The translations under genes were made by a program, and so were the position numbers. 64,000 nt of DNA from Octopus sinensis (Eukaryota), in NCBI RefSeq assembly GCF_006345805.1, contig NC_043022.1, positions 14,942,001 through 15,006,000 on the forward strand. The letters run 5' to 3'. The notes beneath the pieces were generated by a model. That model worked only from the letters and a program-made list of their open reading frames with translations, made no database searches and was not told where the DNA came from. Position 1 is the first letter of the stretch. The number at the start of each line of letters is the position of its first letter. Of this stretch, positions 62,706 through 64,000 are shown one piece after another.

Positions 62706-63625
62706 TAATAACAACAACAACAACAAGAATCTCTTAGATAGGCACAAGGCTAGAAATTAATTATGTTAATCAAAACTAGAATAATGAATAACAACAACAA
62801 CAACAATTATTATTATTACTATCGTTAATTTTAAGAAAGGCCCAAGGATGGTACAACTGATATATAACTCTAGTGGTTAACAGGTTTTTTTAGCCAATCA
62901 TTGAATGATGATTGATGAAAAGCAAAAAGTTGAACTCAAAAATATAAGAAATATCTAAAAAAATACCACAAAGCATATTGTCCGATGCTCAACCGATTCA
63001 GGTGTATACTGGTCTCGAGGCATTTTGTCTAAAGATTTACCAGTTCTTTTGAACACTGCCTTAACAATAACAGTTTCTGGCATGGGCACAAGGTTCTCAA
63101 TTTTGGGCACATACACATACATTAATGAATGATAAGGGGACAGGAATTACGGAATCAACTTCAGTAGCTTACAGCTGTTTCTGCTCTAAGAAGCATTGCG
63201 TTCAGAACTGAGTGTTTGTGCAACATCCTATAGCTTCTTCAGAGCTGTAAAAATGAAGTGTATCAAGGAAACTATAGGTCGTTGCAAAAACATTCAACTC
63301 AGAGTGTACTGCTTCATGTAGCAGAAACAGTGCATGTGTTATTGGTGTGATGACCCTCCCAATACATAAGATTTTCTTCAACACACAAATTCACATCAAG
63401 AATCTTGCAAACCAAATACAAAATCAAAGTATATGCAAATAGCTAAGTTGACTACATAATTTCTGTTCCCTTGTCATTCATTAATTAATATTACACTCTG
63501 TACTCAACTAATGTTTTATTCTGAAGAATATGTATATTTATTGAGTTCCGACAACAGGCTATTAGTATGTCTAAGTGAAATATTAAGATATATACATATA
63601 TATATATACATATATATATATATAC

Positions 63626-63654
<29 letters not shown>

Positions 63655-63664
<10 letters not shown>

Positions 63665-63878
63665 GGGCTTAGTAAAATAAATTACTTTGCCACATACTGA
63701 ACTTTCTAGAAATAGCAGCCAAAAAGTTTTTTAGCCATTTCCACTACTTTAAGGAAAATTCTCCCAGATAATGTTTACTCAAAAAGTAGTGGAAATAGCT
63801 AAAAAACTTTTTGGCTGCTATTTCTAGAAAGTTCAGTATGTGGCAAAGTAATTTATTTTACTAAACCCTAATTATATA
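63655..63878. mobile_element. Palindromic foldback MITE, ~96-bp arms with 2 mismatches, ~32-nt spacer, in a (TA)n tract
   Basis: Arms 63655-63750 and 63783-63878 are reverse complements. Confidence 0.9.
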
Positions 63879-64000
63879 ATGTAATATTTTGAATACGCCT
63901 TAAATGGTCCTTTTACATACTGAACACTACTTGGTGAAATTGATTAATAACTAATTAATTTTACCCTCAATTATTGATATTATATATATATTATATATAT

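Overview
This is eukaryotic, repeat-saturated genomic DNA. The SINE and microsatellite landscape points to a coleoid cephalopod, probably Octopus (inference). Positions 1-43.8 kb hold the 3' 13 coding exons of one + strand anoctamin/TMEM16 gene (ANO7-like). The exons splice in frame into about 536 aa ending at a TAA at 43784-43786; the N-terminal exons lie upstream of the window. The first intron in the window has a GC donor. Intron 11 (22 kb) is almost entirely a ~20.3 kb (GAT)n-derived compound satellite that grows out of the 3' tail of a retroposon. A 4 kb 62-bp minisatellite lies just downstream of the gene and is an amplified internal segment of a dispersed repeat. The rest is tRNA-derived SINEs, MITEs (piggyBac-like, hAT, foldback) and decayed Tc1/mariner, Helitron, Penelope-like, R4/Dong-like and CR1-like fragments. 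The most notable non-obvious signals are (1) three families of minimal hammerhead-ribozyme-like motifs, one with a non-canonical A6U core; (2) several satellites seeded from transposable elements; (3) SINE multimers joined at one invariant junction; (4) a LINE-SINE shared 3' tail; and (5) long intronic and intergenic hairpins. No protein-coding gene is recognisable after 44 kb. All very long ORFs in the track are microsatellite artefacts.
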